A stretch of 64,000 bases of DNA from an uncultured Gaiellales bacterium (GCA_964581085.1 CAZOMP010000006.1:85189-149188); one strand, 5' to 3'. Shown: positions 9,673 through 19,636, counted from the first letter of the stretch. A program made the numbers and translations. The notes: generated by a model from the sequence alone, not told the origin.

Positions 9673-10088
9673 GCGAGTTCCTCTCCGTTGACGGTCCAGT
9701 GGTAGGTGGGGGCGACGGTGAGCGAGGCGCCGACGAAGCAGTCGCGCTCGCCCTTGACGATCACCTCGCGCACGCTGTCGAGCAGCGCCGACCCGGCGAC
9801 GGTGACCTGAACGGCCACGTCGATCTGGACGAACGCGAACCGACCGTCGCTCTCGCGGCGCGTCACGAGCCCGGAAGCGGTCGCGCTCGTCTCGGGCTCG
9901 AGCCCGGCCCGGCGGGCGTGGTAGCGGAAGCTCGTCAGGCTGCAGCGGAGCAGCGCTGCAAGCACGAGATGCTCGGGCGTCCACGCTTCTTCCTCGTTCG
10001 CGAGGGCGGTCCCGCCGCGCGAGCTCGTGGCGACCCAGCCGCGGTCGAGCGCGACCTCATAGGAGAACATCTTCGCTCGCGCCGCCAT
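9669..10088 (-). CDS. OsmC family protein
   Basis: WTPEHLVLAALLRC...ERDCFVGASL two-Cys pattern. Confidence 0.75.
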   Translation of the reverse strand: MAARAKMFSYEVALDRGWVATSSRGGTALANEEEAWTPEHLVLAALLRCSLTSFRYHARRAGLEPETSATASGLVTRRESDGRFAFVQIDVAVQVTVAGSALLDSVREVIVKGERDCFVGASLTVAPTYHWTVNGEELA

Positions 10089-10133
10089 GGCTCGAGCGTA
10101 TACCGTCCGGGCCGTTGCATACGGTTTCCTTCC

Positions 10134-10325
10134 GTGCAGCGGTTGAGACCGTTGAGTGAGGAGGAGTGCTACCTCCGGTGCTACGGGTGGCTCGGCACGG
10201 ACGATGCCGTCAAGGTCGTCCCGACGGCCGAGGAGCTCCTGCAGACCTCGAGTGCAGCGCTGACGGAGCGCATCCGGCTCGCGTTCGAAGCACGGATCGA
10301 AGCGCGCGAGCCCGAAGCGGCATAA
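10134..10325 (+). CDS. small hypothetical protein (63 aa)
   Basis: GTG after TACGGT; VQRLRPLSEEECYLRCYGW...EPEAA; stop overlaps the next gene. Confidence 0.6.
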   Translation: MQRLRPLSEEECYLRCYGWLGTDDAVKVVPTAEELLQTSSAALTERIRLAFEARIEAREPEAA

Positions 10326-10843
10326 CGCGTATCGCTCCTACGCCGTCGGCCGTTCCCGACGTCCTCGCGCCGGGGCTCGACGTCGTCTTCTGCGGTATCA
10401 ACCCGGGCCGCTTCTCGGACGCCGCCGCCGCCCATTTCGCCAATCCGCGCAACGACTTCTGGCGCCTGCTTCACGCCGCCGGGTTCACCCCGCGCCTCTA
10501 TGCGCCGGCCGAGCAGTTCGAGCTGCTCGCGCTCCGGATCGGGCTCACGAACGCTGCGCCGCGCACGACGCCGGGCTCCGGTGACCTGCGCGCCCGCGAC
10601 TTCGAGGGCAGCGCAGAACGACTCGAGACGATTGCGGTCGAGCTCGAGCCGCGTTTCCTCGGGTTCGTCGGCAAGGAGGCCTACCGCGGCGTCTTCCGCG
10701 AGCGCTCCGAGCACGGCCCCCAGGAACGCCGGCTGGGGCGGACCGCGCTCTTCGTGCTTCCCTCCACCTCACCCGCGAACGCGGCGGTGCCATGGGTGGA
10801 GCGGCTGGCCAGGTTCAGGGAACTGAGGGAGCTCGTCGGATGA
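10322..10843 (+). CDS. mug: G/U mismatch-specific DNA glycosylase (start uncertain)
   Basis: PDVLAPGLDVVFCGINPG, HFANPRNDFWRLL, VLPSTSPAN. Confidence 0.9.
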   Translation: MTRIAPTPSAVPDVLAPGLDVVFCGINPGRFSDAAAAHFANPRNDFWRLLHAAGFTPRLYAPAEQFELLALRIGLTNAAPRTTPGSGDLRARDFEGSAERLETIAVELEPRFLGFVGKEAYRGVFRERSEHGPQERRLGRTALFVLPSTSPANAAVPWVERLARFRELRELVG

Positions 10844-11319
10844 ACGAGCTCCGGATCCGCGAGGCCGCCCGCGCGGTTCTGCTCGACCCGAACGACCGGA
10901 TCCTGCTCGTCCGCTTCGAGTTCCCGACGCAGTCTCTGTGGGCGACCCCGGGAGGAGGGATCGAAGCGGGCGAGACGCCGGCGGCGGCGATCCGGAGAGA
11001 GCTCGCAGAGGAGACAGGGCTCGGCACAGTCGACGTGGGGCCACTCCTGTGGACGCGCCTCCACATCTTTCCCTTCCTCAACGGGCTCTGGGACGGCCAG
11101 CGTGAGCAGTACCACCTCGTCCGCACCCGCGCCTTCGAGCCACGGCCACGCCTCGCGTGGGAGACGTTGCACGCCGAGTTCGTCTTCGAGCTGCGCTGGT
11201 GGACGCTTCCCGAGCTCGAGGCCGCCGAGGTCGTGTTTGCTCCCCGCCGCCTCCCGGGCCTCCTGCGTTCGCTCCTCACCGATGGACCGCCCGCCGTGCC
11301 GGTCGACGCAAGCGGTTGA
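10840..11319 (+). CDS. NUDIX hydrolase
   Basis: Nudix box GGGIEAGETPAAAIRRELAEETGL; ATGA overlap. Confidence 0.9.
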   Translation: MNELRIREAARAVLLDPNDRILLVRFEFPTQSLWATPGGGIEAGETPAAAIRRELAEETGLGTVDVGPLLWTRLHIFPFLNGLWDGQREQYHLVRTRAFEPRPRLAWETLHAEFVFELRWWTLPELEAAEVVFAPRRLPGLLRSLLTDGPPAVPVDASG

Positions 11320-11340
11320 GTTGGCGGTGACCGTGACGCG

Positions 11341-13053
11341 TCAGCCGGACGAGCGCTTGGCGATCGGGAGACGCCAGTCGCGGCCGAAGGCCCGCGGCCG
11401 CAGCTTCACGCCCGGCGGCGCCTGTCGCCGCTTGTACTCGGCCCGGTCGACGAGCGCCAGCACCCGCTCGACGACGGACGCGTCGAACTCGGCCAGGAGC
11501 TCCTCGCGGGAGCGGTCGAGCTCCACGTACGCCTCGAGCACCGGGTCGAGCAGCTCGTAGGGCGGCAGCGACTGGTCGTCGCGCTGATCGGCGCGGAGCT
11601 CGGCGCTCGGCGGGCGCCCGATCGTGGAGACCGGGATCAGCTCCCGGCCGGCGCGCTCGTTCAGGTGCCGGGCGAGCCGGAAGACGTCGGTCTTGAAGAC
11701 GTCCTTCAGGAGCGCGAAGCCACCGACCATGTCGCCGTACAGCGTCGCGTAGCCGACCGCCAGCTCGGACTTGTTGCCCGTCGAGACGACCAGCCAGCCG
11801 AACTTGTTCGAGAGCGCCATCACGATCGTGCCGCGCGCGCGTGCCTGCAGGTTCTCCTCCGTGAGGTCGGCCTCGCGGCCGTCGAACGACGGTGCGAGCG
11901 CGTCACCGAACGCCTGCACGACCGCCTCGATCGGGATCTCGCGGAAGTCGATTCCGAGGTTCTCGCAGACGAGCCTCGCGTCGGAGCGGGTGCCCTCGGA
12001 CGAGAAGCGGGACGGCAGCGAGACGCCGTGAACGCGCTCGGGCCCGAGCGCGTCGGCGCAGATCGCCGCCGTCAGCGCGGAGTCGATGCCTCCGGAGACG
12101 GCCACGACAACCTCGTGGAAGCCGCTCTTCTCGACGTAGTCCCGGATCCCGAGACAGAGTCCCTGCCGCATCTGCTCGAGTGGCGCTGCAAAGGGGGCGA
12201 TCACTGCGTCTCGCGGCACCGCCGCCGGGCGCGCCGGCGCGAGCTCGACGACGGTCACGGGCGGCGACGCGTCGCGCGAGCGCTCGAGCTCGCGGCGGCG
12301 GACGTCACGTAGCCGGCGCCCGAGTGCCTCCAGCGGGTCGACGTCGACGACGAGCAGCGTCTCCTCGAAGCCGGGCGCCCGGGCGACCACCTCGCCCTCG
12401 TCGTCGAGCACGACCGAATGCCCGTCGAAGACGAGCTCGTCCTGGCCACCGACCAGGTTGCAGAACGCGAGATAGGAGGCGGTGTCGCGCGCCCGTGTGA
12501 CGAGCATCTCCTCTCGCTCCTCCGCCTTGCCGACGTGGAACGGCGACGCCGACAGGTTGACGATCAGCTGAGCGCCGGCCAGAGCGAGGTCGGTGGCGGG
12601 CGGACCGGGCTGCCAGATGTCCTCACAGATCGTCGGCCCCACGAGGACGTCCCCGCAGCGGAGCAGAAGCAGATCCCGCCCGGAGGCGAAGTAGCGGTGC
12701 TCGTCGAAGACGCCGTAGTTCGGCAGGAAGTGCTTCCGGTAGACACCGACGAGCCTGCCGTCGGAGAGGACGGCGCCTGCGTTCGCGAGGTCACGGTCGA
12801 AGAGCGGACAGCCGACGAGCGCCGTGATCCCCTCCGTCGCAGGCGCGATCTCGTCGAGTGACGCACGCGCCGCCCTGACGAAGCCCGGCCGCAGCAGCAG
12901 GTCCTCCGGCGGGTAGCCGGTGACGGCGAGCTCCGGTAAGACGACGAGGTCGGCGCCCTCGCCGCGGGCCTCGCGGATCGCGTCCACGACGAGCCGCCGG
13001 TTGCCCGCCAGATCGCCGACGACGGCGTCGAGCTGTGCAAGGGCGAGCCTCAA
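11341..13053 (-). CDS. nadE: glutamine-dependent NAD+ synthetase
   Basis: Nitrilase domain (PEL, LPNYGVFDE, ICED) plus SGGIDS, ENLQARARG, TGNKSE, YKRRQ. Confidence 0.95.
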   Translation of the reverse strand: MRLALAQLDAVVGDLAGNRRLVVDAIREARGEGADLVVLPELAVTGYPPEDLLLRPGFVRAARASLDEIAPATEGITALVGCPLFDRDLANAGAVLSDGRLVGVYRKHFLPNYGVFDEHRYFASGRDLLLLRCGDVLVGPTICEDIWQPGPPATDLALAGAQLIVNLSASPFHVGKAEEREEMLVTRARDTASYLAFCNLVGGQDELVFDGHSVVLDDEGEVVARAPGFEETLLVVDVDPLEALGRRLRDVRRRELERSRDASPPVTVVELAPARPAAVPRDAVIAPFAAPLEQMRQGLCLGIRDYVEKSGFHEVVVAVSGGIDSALTAAICADALGPERVHGVSLPSRFSSEGTRSDARLVCENLGIDFREIPIEAVVQAFGDALAPSFDGREADLTEENLQARARGTIVMALSNKFGWLVVSTGNKSELAVGYATLYGDMVGGFALLKDVFKTDVFRLARHLNERAGRELIPVSTIGRPPSAELRADQRDDQSLPPYELLDPVLEAYVELDRSREELLAEFDASVVERVLALVDRAEYKRRQAPPGVKLRPRAFGRDWRLPIAKRSSG

Positions 13054-13103
13054 CGCGCTCCGCCACGTTTTCGACTGCCGGTCATAAACTTCACTCTACC
13101 CGT

Positions 13104-13790
13104 ATGACCTCTACGATCACGATCGCCCGCCGCTTCCGCGGCCCGCTCACCTCCGCCAACGGCGGCTACGCCGCGGGGCTCTTCGCTCGTGCGATCGGAG
13201 CGGACGCCTGCGAGGTGACGCTCCGCACCCCGCCGCCGCTCGATCGACCTCTCACCGTCCGCCGCGAGGACGAGCGCTGGATGTTGCTCGACGGCGACAC
13301 GCTCGTCGCCGAGGCGGTTCCATGCAACCCCACCATGACCACGCCGGCGGCGCCCTCGCTCGAGGAGGTCGACGCAGCACCGCCCGCCGTCTCCGGCTGG
13401 GGTGCCGACGTCTTCCGGGAGTGCTTCGTCTGCGGTACCCGGCCGGAGCACGACGGCCTCGAGATCCACGCCCGCCCGCTCACAGGACGCGAGGACGGGC
13501 TCGTCGCCGCGGCGTGGATGGCACGCGAGGTGTCGCCCGAGGTCGTCTGGGCGGCGATCGACTGCCCCGGTGCCTACGCGCTCCAGGGCGGAGCCCGCGG
13601 CGAGCCGGTGCTCGCCCGGATCACAGGGCGCATCGACCGCCTCCCCCGCGAGGGCGAGCCCTGCGTCGTCGTGGGCTGGCCGCTCGGCGCCGAGGGCCGC
13701 AAGCTCCACGCAGCGACCGCCCTCTACGGCGAGGACGGTGAGGTGCTGGCACGCTCTCGCCAGCTCTGGATCGAGCCCCGCGAGGGGTAG
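13104..13790 (+). CDS. hotdog-fold/thioesterase-like hypothetical protein
   Basis: FRGPLTSANGGYAAG, CFVCG, WAAIDCPG, GRKLHAATAL. Confidence 0.7.
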   Translation: MTSTITIARRFRGPLTSANGGYAAGLFARAIGADACEVTLRTPPPLDRPLTVRREDERWMLLDGDTLVAEAVPCNPTMTTPAAPSLEEVDAAPPAVSGWGADVFRECFVCGTRPEHDGLEIHARPLTGREDGLVAAAWMAREVSPEVVWAAIDCPGAYALQGGARGEPVLARITGRIDRLPREGEPCVVVGWPLGAEGRKLHAATALYGEDGEVLARSRQLWIEPREG

Positions 13791-13799
13791 CAACTCGGG

Positions 13800-14264
13800 T
13801 CAGACGTCGCCGCGCGAAGGGAGGACGGTTCGCGGCGTCAGCGCCACGAGCAGGCCGCCGTCCTCGTCGTAGGCCGGGAAGAGGTCGACGGTGACGTGCT
13901 TGCGGATCCCGGCCCGCGTCGTGAGCTCGAGCTCGAGCCCGAGTTTGCGGACACCCCACTCCCGCACGACGCCGATCGCGGACGTATCCGAGAGCCGCAG
14001 CGCCTCGCCGACCTCGTACCCCATCAGGTCGCGCTCCTGGAACCCCGTCAGCTCGAAGGCGCCGCGGCCGACGGCGAGGACTCGGGCGTCACGGTCACAG
14101 ACGAGAAAGCCGGTCGACGGCGCCGGGTAGTAGTCCTCGAGCAGCTGGAAGACGAACCCGAAGCCGCAGTGGCGGCACTGGAGCGCCTCCGAGGCCGAGA
14201 AGCCCTCGAAGCCGTCGATGTCGACCGAGCGGTCCTTGCAGTTGGGGCAGATGTACACCGGCAC
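13800..14264 (-). CDS. Zn-ribbon + PAS-like standalone protein
   Basis: CPNC...CRHC followed by LVCDRDARVLAVGRGAFELTGF..DLMG (PAS-like); TACGAT 7 nt before GTG. Confidence 0.7.
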   Translation of the reverse strand: MPVYICPNCKDRSVDIDGFEGFSASEALQCRHCGFGFVFQLLEDYYPAPSTGFLVCDRDARVLAVGRGAFELTGFQERDLMGYEVGEALRLSDTSAIGVVREWGVRKLGLELELTTRAGIRKHVTVDLFPAYDEDGGLLVALTPRTVLPSRGDV

Positions 14265-14320
14265 GCGCCCCATCGTAGGCACCGCAGCGAGGCCGGCGGC
14301 GGATCGGGCAGACTCGGGGC

Positions 14321-16321
14321 ATGAGTGCACCGCCCATTCTCTGGAGGCCCTCGCGGGAGCGGGTGGAGCGCTCGACGCTGACCGCCTTCGCCCGCTGGGT
14401 GGAGGAGACGCGTGGCGTCGAGGTGCCCGACTACGCGGCGCTGTGGGAGTGGTCGACCTCCGACCTGGAGGGATTCTGGGGTGCGATCTGGGAGCGGTTC
14501 GAGGTGCAGGCCTCGTCGCCCTACGAGCGGGTGCTCGGATCGCGGTCGATGCCGGGGGCGGAGTGGTTTCCCGGTACCCGCCTGAACTGGGCCGAGCATG
14601 TGCTGCGTGGGGGCGAGGACGCCGCGGTCGGGATCGTGCACGCTTCGGAGCTGCGACCGCTCGGAACGACGACGCGCGGGGAACTACGGGCGCAGGTGGC
14701 GGAGGTGGCGGCCGGGCTGCGGGCGCTCGGAATCGGGAGGGGCGACCGGGTGGTGGCATACATCCCCAACGTGGTCGAGGCGCTCGTCGCCGTGCTCGCG
14801 TGCGCGTCGATCGGGGCGATCTGGTCGTCCTGCTCCCCGGACTTCGGCGCCGCCGCAGTGATCGACCGGTTCGCGCAGATCGAGCCGAAGCTGCTGCTCG
14901 CGGTGGACGGTTACCGCTACGGCGGCAAGGACTTCGACCGGCGCGAGGTCGTGGAACAGATCCGGAAGGCGCTGCCATCGCTCGAACAGACGGTCCTGGT
15001 CGGCTACCTCGACGAGGACGCTGCGCTCGAGGGAGCCGTCAGCTGGGAGGCGCTGCGCGCGCTCGGTCTGGGTAGTGCTCCGGCCTTCGAGCAGGTCGCG
15101 TTCGGGCATCCGCTCTGGGTGCTCTACAGCTCCGGTACGACCGGCCTGCCGAAGGCGATCGTGCACGGCCACGGCGGGATCCTGCTCGAGATGCTGAAGA
15201 TCATGCATCTGCACCTCGACCTGAACGGGCGCGAGCGCCTGCTCTGGTTCACGACGACCGGCTGGATGATGTGGAACTTCCTCCTCAACGGGCTCCTCAC
15301 CGACGCCTCGATTGTGCTCTACGACGGCAACCCCGGCTTCCCCGACCTCGGCCGCTTCTGGGATCTCGCAGAGGAGGCGCAGGTCACGGTGCTCGGCAGT
15401 TCGGCCGCGTTCCTCGGCGCCTGCCAGAAGGCCGCGGTGCAGCCGCCGCAGGGCCGGGATCTGTCGCGTCTGGAGGCGATCGGCTCGACCGGGTCGCCGC
15501 TCTCGCCGGAGGCGTTCGCCTGGGTGGCGAAACAGCTACCCGGCGTCTGGCTGTTCTCGACCTCGGGCGGAACCGACGTCTGCACCGCCTTCGTGGGCGG
15601 TGTCCCCACCCTGCCGGTCTACCAGGGCGAGCTGCAGGCGCGCGCGCTCGGAGCCCGCATCGAGTCCTGGAGTCCCGAGGGAACGCCTCAGGTCGGGAAG
15701 GTCGGCGAGCTCGTGATCACCGAGCCGATGCCGTCGATGCCGCTGTTCTTCTGGGGCGACGCGGACGGGAGCCGCTACCACGAGAGCTACTTCGACATGT
15801 ACCCGGGGATCTGGCGCCACGGCGACTGGATCGAGATCACGGACCGCGGCACCGCCGTCATCTCCGGGCGTTCCGATGCAACGATCAACCGCGGCGGCAT
15901 CCGGATCGGCACCGCCGAGATCTACCGGGCCGTCCTCACGCTCGAGGAGGTCGTCGACGCGCTCGTGCTCGATCTTCCCCTTCCCGGAACCGACGGCCAC
16001 ATGCCGCTCTTCGTCGTCCTCGGTGACGGCGCCGACCTCGACGAGGGGCTCCGTACCCGCATTCGAGCCGTGATCCGCGAGAGCTGCTCCCCGCGCCACG
16101 TGCCAGACAGCATCGAGCAGATCGCCGAGGTCCCGCGTACGCTCTCGGGGAAAGCCCTCGAGCTCCCGGTCAAGCGCATCCTCCTCGGGCAGGCAACGGA
16201 CACCGCCGTCAGCCGGGACGCACTTGCAAATCCCGCCGCCCTCGAGCCTTTCGAGCGGATGGCAGCGAAGCCACCGTACTCTCCCGGCTTGAATTCGCCG
16301 GGAGTAGTTAGTACCTGCTAA
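14321..16321 (+). CDS. acetoacetate--CoA ligase
   Basis: WSSCSPDFG, YSSGTTGLPKAIVHGHGG, TTTGWMMWN, SGGTD, WRHGD. Confidence 0.9.
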   Translation: MSAPPILWRPSRERVERSTLTAFARWVEETRGVEVPDYAALWEWSTSDLEGFWGAIWERFEVQASSPYERVLGSRSMPGAEWFPGTRLNWAEHVLRGGEDAAVGIVHASELRPLGTTTRGELRAQVAEVAAGLRALGIGRGDRVVAYIPNVVEALVAVLACASIGAIWSSCSPDFGAAAVIDRFAQIEPKLLLAVDGYRYGGKDFDRREVVEQIRKALPSLEQTVLVGYLDEDAALEGAVSWEALRALGLGSAPAFEQVAFGHPLWVLYSSGTTGLPKAIVHGHGGILLEMLKIMHLHLDLNGRERLLWFTTTGWMMWNFLLNGLLTDASIVLYDGNPGFPDLGRFWDLAEEAQVTVLGSSAAFLGACQKAAVQPPQGRDLSRLEAIGSTGSPLSPEAFAWVAKQLPGVWLFSTSGGTDVCTAFVGGVPTLPVYQGELQARALGARIESWSPEGTPQVGKVGELVITEPMPSMPLFFWGDADGSRYHESYFDMYPGIWRHGDWIEITDRGTAVISGRSDATINRGGIRIGTAEIYRAVLTLEEVVDALVLDLPLPGTDGHMPLFVVLGDGADLDEGLRTRIRAVIRESCSPRHVPDSIEQIAEVPRTLSGKALELPVKRILLGQATDTAVSRDALANPAALEPFERMAAKPPYSPGLNSPGVVSTC

Positions 16322-16324
16322 CAT
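16307..16324 (+). promoter_or_regulatory. candidate TetR operator overlapping the -10 of the MFS-TetR operon
   Basis: GTTAG-tacctg-CTAAC (16307-16322) overlaps TAACAT (16319-16324), 8 nt before ATG. Confidence 0.5.
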
Positions 16325-16332
16325 CTCCGGGG

Positions 16333-17781
16333 ATGAAGGCGCGGCTGCTGTCGGAGGAGAATCGCAAGTGGTGGACGGTCGCCGCCGTCTCGTTCGCCCT
16401 TTTCATGATCATGCTCGACAACACGGTCGTGAACGTGGCGCTGCCGGCGATCCAGCGCGACCTCGGGATCAGCGTCTCGGAGCTCGAATGGGTGGTGACG
16501 GGCTACGCGCTCAGCTTTGCGGTGCTGATGCTCTCCGGCGGCAAGCTCGCGGACATGTTCGGCCGACGCCGTATCTTCCTCACCGGCCTCGTGATCTTCA
16601 CGATCTCCTCCCTGTTCTGCGGCCTCGCAGGCGGCGCCGGCCTCCTGATCGGAGCCCGCGTCGTCCAGGGCACCGGGGCGGCGCTGATGATGCCGGCCAC
16701 CCTCTCGATCATCACGGCCACCTTCCCGCCCAAGGAGCGAGGCACGGCGCTCGGGATCTGGGCCGGCGTCTCCGCGATGGCGCTCGCGATCGGACCGCTG
16801 ATCGGCGGCCTGATCACCGAGCACGTGAACTGGAACTGGGTCTTCTACATCAACGTCCCGATCGGGATCATCGGGCTCGCCGCGGGACGGATCATCATCC
16901 GGGAGTCGCGCGACACCTCTCACGAGCAGCGTCTCGACGTGCCCGGCCTCGTCACGTCCGGCATCGCGCTGTTCGCTCTCGTCTACGCCCTGATCGAGGC
17001 GAACAGCAAGGGCTGGACCTCCCCGCTGATCATCGGTCTCTTCGTCGTCGCCGCCGTCTCGGGCACGGCGTTCGTCCTGCTCGAGCTGCACCAGCGGCTG
17101 CCGATGTTCGACGTCACCCTCTTCCGCAATTCGACCTTCTCGGGCGCGAACGTCGTCGCCCTGCTGGTCTCGCTCGCGATGTTCGGGGTCTTCTTCTTCG
17201 TCTCGCTCTACATGCAGAACATCCTGGGCTACTCACCGGTGCGGGCCGGCGCCTCGTTCCTGCCGATGACGCTGCTGATCATCGTGGTCGCGCCGCTCGC
17301 GGGACGCGCGAGTGACCGGCTCGGCTCCCGCTGGCTGATGGCGGGAGGGCTGACGCTCGTCGCGATCTCCCTGCTCATCTACGCCCAGCTGCAGACCGAC
17401 TCCGGCTACTTCGACCTCCTGCCGGCGATGATCCTGGGCGGGGTCGGGATGGCGAGCACGATGACTCCGATGACCGCCGCTGCCTTGAGCGCCGTGCCGG
17501 TGGACAAGGCGGGCGTCGGTTCGGGGATGCTGAACACGTTCCGGCAGGTCGGCGGCTCGCTCGGGATCGCGGTCATGGGCGCGATCCTCGCAAGCGGCGT
17601 CAAGTCGGCCGCCGCGGGCGGCGCCTCGCGCCCGGAAGCGTTCATGAACGGCCTCCACCACGCGCTCTACGTCTCGGCGGCGTTCGCATTCTGCGGCGCG
17701 CTGACGGCAGCGATCACGATTCGCAGTCACGCCCGCGAGCGGGCGGCTGCTCCCGACTCGCTCACACAGCATCCGGCATGA
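16333..17781 (+). CDS. DHA2 (EmrB/QacA) MFS efflux transporter
   Basis: LDNTVVNVALP, GKLADMFGRRR, WVFYINVPIG; about 14 TM segments. Confidence 0.92.
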   Translation: MKARLLSEENRKWWTVAAVSFALFMIMLDNTVVNVALPAIQRDLGISVSELEWVVTGYALSFAVLMLSGGKLADMFGRRRIFLTGLVIFTISSLFCGLAGGAGLLIGARVVQGTGAALMMPATLSIITATFPPKERGTALGIWAGVSAMALAIGPLIGGLITEHVNWNWVFYINVPIGIIGLAAGRIIIRESRDTSHEQRLDVPGLVTSGIALFALVYALIEANSKGWTSPLIIGLFVVAAVSGTAFVLLELHQRLPMFDVTLFRNSTFSGANVVALLVSLAMFGVFFFVSLYMQNILGYSPVRAGASFLPMTLLIIVVAPLAGRASDRLGSRWLMAGGLTLVAISLLIYAQLQTDSGYFDLLPAMILGGVGMASTMTPMTAAALSAVPVDKAGVGSGMLNTFRQVGGSLGIAVMGAILASGVKSAAAGGASRPEAFMNGLHHALYVSAAFAFCGALTAAITIRSHARERAAAPDSLTQHPA

Positions 17782-18377
17782 CCGGGCCGGCACCGGCGCG
17801 GATGCCCGCGGCGGAGCGCCGGGCGGCGATCGTCGCCGCCGCGCTCGAAGTCTTCGGTTCCGGCAGCTACGCCGGCTCGACGACGGCCGAGATCGCCCGC
17901 GCGGCCGGGGTCTCGGAGCCGATCATCTACCGCCACTTCCCGTCCAAGCGGGAGCTGTGGTGCGCCTGCGTCGACGAGGCATGGCGGCTGCTGCGGGAGA
18001 CTCTGGAGCGGAAGATCCTCGGTGCGACAGCACCCGGCCGACTCGTCGAGGTGGACGTCCGGAAGCGCTCGCCGTGGGCGAGCCCGCTCCTCCCGGCGCT
18101 CTGGCTCCAGGGCGTGACGGAGGCACCGGAGGACGAGGAGATCCAGCGCTTCATCCGCGCCCACGTACGGGAAGTGCATGACTACGTCGCGGGGCTGCTG
18201 AGGCGACGGCAGGAGACAGGCGACATCCCGGCAGACCGGGACGCCAACGCCGAGGCCTGGATCTTCGTCGGCGGCGGGCTGCTGCGGTCGTTCGCCGACC
18301 GCCTCGGCGGCGTCGTCACCGCCCCGGAGCTGGCGGCCGTCCGCCGCGAGCGGATGCGCTGGCTCTCGGGCGCCTGA
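17778..18377 (+). CDS. TetR/AcrR family regulator
   Basis: TAEIARAAGVSEPIIYRHFPSK HTH; ATGA overlap. Confidence 0.92.
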   Translation: MTGPAPARMPAAERRAAIVAAALEVFGSGSYAGSTTAEIARAAGVSEPIIYRHFPSKRELWCACVDEAWRLLRETLERKILGATAPGRLVEVDVRKRSPWASPLLPALWLQGVTEAPEDEEIQRFIRAHVREVHDYVAGLLRRRQETGDIPADRDANAEAWIFVGGGLLRSFADRLGGVVTAPELAAVRRERMRWLSGA

Positions 18378-18393
18378 TCCGAGGGGCGCCCGA

Positions 18394-18687
18394 TCAGAAG
18401 GGGATCCGCAAGAGCCAGAACGCGATCATCCCGGCTGCGATTGCGACCCAGAGTTGCTTCGTACGCCAGGCGGCGAGTACCGCGACGACGACAGCCGCAA
18501 GGCGGATCCCCCCCTCGCCGCTGCCGCCCTGGACGTACGGCGTCACGAGTGACGCGAAGACCGCGATCGGCACGAAATGGAGGACGCGGACCCAGAAGGC
18601 CGGCAGGTCGACCCGCAGCACGAGGCCTGCGTAACGCGAGCCGAACGTGACGGCGACCATCCCCGCGAGTGTGAGCCAGAAGCTCAC
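18394..18687 (-). CDS. azlD: AzlD family protein
   Basis: Small membrane protein, VTFGSRY...FVPIAVFASLV, coupled to azlC. Confidence 0.85.
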   Translation of the reverse strand: MSFWLTLAGMVAVTFGSRYAGLVLRVDLPAFWVRVLHFVPIAVFASLVTPYVQGGSGEGGIRLAAVVVAVLAAWRTKQLWVAIAAGMIAFWLLRIPF

Positions 18688-19412
18688 GCGACCTCACGGA
18701 CAGCGTCGTCGGCGTGGACCGTTCGGTCGGGCGGGGCGCCGCGCGTCAGCCACGCTCCCAGGAGGCTGCCGGCCACACCGGTGACGAGGATCGGGAGGCC
18801 GCCCGGCAACGTCCGGGCGAGCACGAACGCAACCAGGCCCGAGGCGAGCGCGACGACGAGCTCGACGCGCGTCCGCAGGAGCGGCACGAGCAGGGCCACG
18901 AACGCGAGCGGGAAGACGAGGTCGACGCCGAGGGTGGCAGGGTCCGGAAGCGCGGAGCCGATCACATAGCCGACGCCCGTCGCGATGTTCCAGGCGAGGT
19001 AGAGGCTGAGCTCGGCTCCGAGGAGGAACCAGAACGACGTCTCGCGCTCGGCTGCCGCCGCGACGCCGAACGCCTCGTCGGTGAGGAAGAACGCCGCCAC
19101 CGGCCGCTGTCGCGGCCGCAGGGCGAAACGACGACCGAGCGAGACGCCGTAGAGGAGATGACGCACGTTCAGGAGCAGGGTCGTCAGCACGATCCCCGCC
19201 CCGGCGGCGCCAGAGGCGAAGAGCCCGACAGCGCTGAACTGGGCGCTGCCGGCGAAGACGAGCGCCGAGAGCGCCTGCGTCTCGATCAGACTGAGCCCGC
19301 CGGCCCGGGCCGTGATCGAGTAGGCGAGCGCGAACGGAACGACCCCGAGCCACAGCGGTGCGAGCGCGAGGAAGCCGCGACGGAACGCGGGTCGGGCCGC
19401 ACCGGGAGACAT
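18684..19412 (-). CDS. azlC: AzlC family branched-chain amino acid permease
   Basis: VFAGSAQF, NVRHLLYG, LTDEAFG. Confidence 0.9.
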   Translation of the reverse strand: MSPGAARPAFRRGFLALAPLWLGVVPFALAYSITARAGGLSLIETQALSALVFAGSAQFSAVGLFASGAAGAGIVLTTLLLNVRHLLYGVSLGRRFALRPRQRPVAAFFLTDEAFGVAAAAERETSFWFLLGAELSLYLAWNIATGVGYVIGSALPDPATLGVDLVFPLAFVALLVPLLRTRVELVVALASGLVAFVLARTLPGGLPILVTGVAGSLLGAWLTRGAPPDRTVHADDAVREVA

Positions 19413-19496
19413 CACGAGATCCTACGGCGCGCCGGTCGGTGAACCACAACGGGGTGCTTTGCACAACTTGGACCAACGACGATCGGTCGACCGCCG

Positions 19497-19636
19497 GCGA
19501 GACCCGGGTCGCGGGCGGGTACCCGGGGCACGGGAACGTACTCGGCTTCGCCTGCGGCCGCCTCGTCGCGCGCGCGATCACGGGCGACCGCGACCCGCTG
19601 CTCGACCTGTTCGAGCCCGCCCGGCTCCTCGGCTGA
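19497..19636 (+). pseudogene. C-terminal remnant of a DadA/PuuB-like FAD oxidoreductase
   Basis: RVAGGYPGHGNVLGFACGRLVARAITG...LFEPARLLG*; no N-terminal GxGxxG region or plausible start. Confidence 0.65.
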
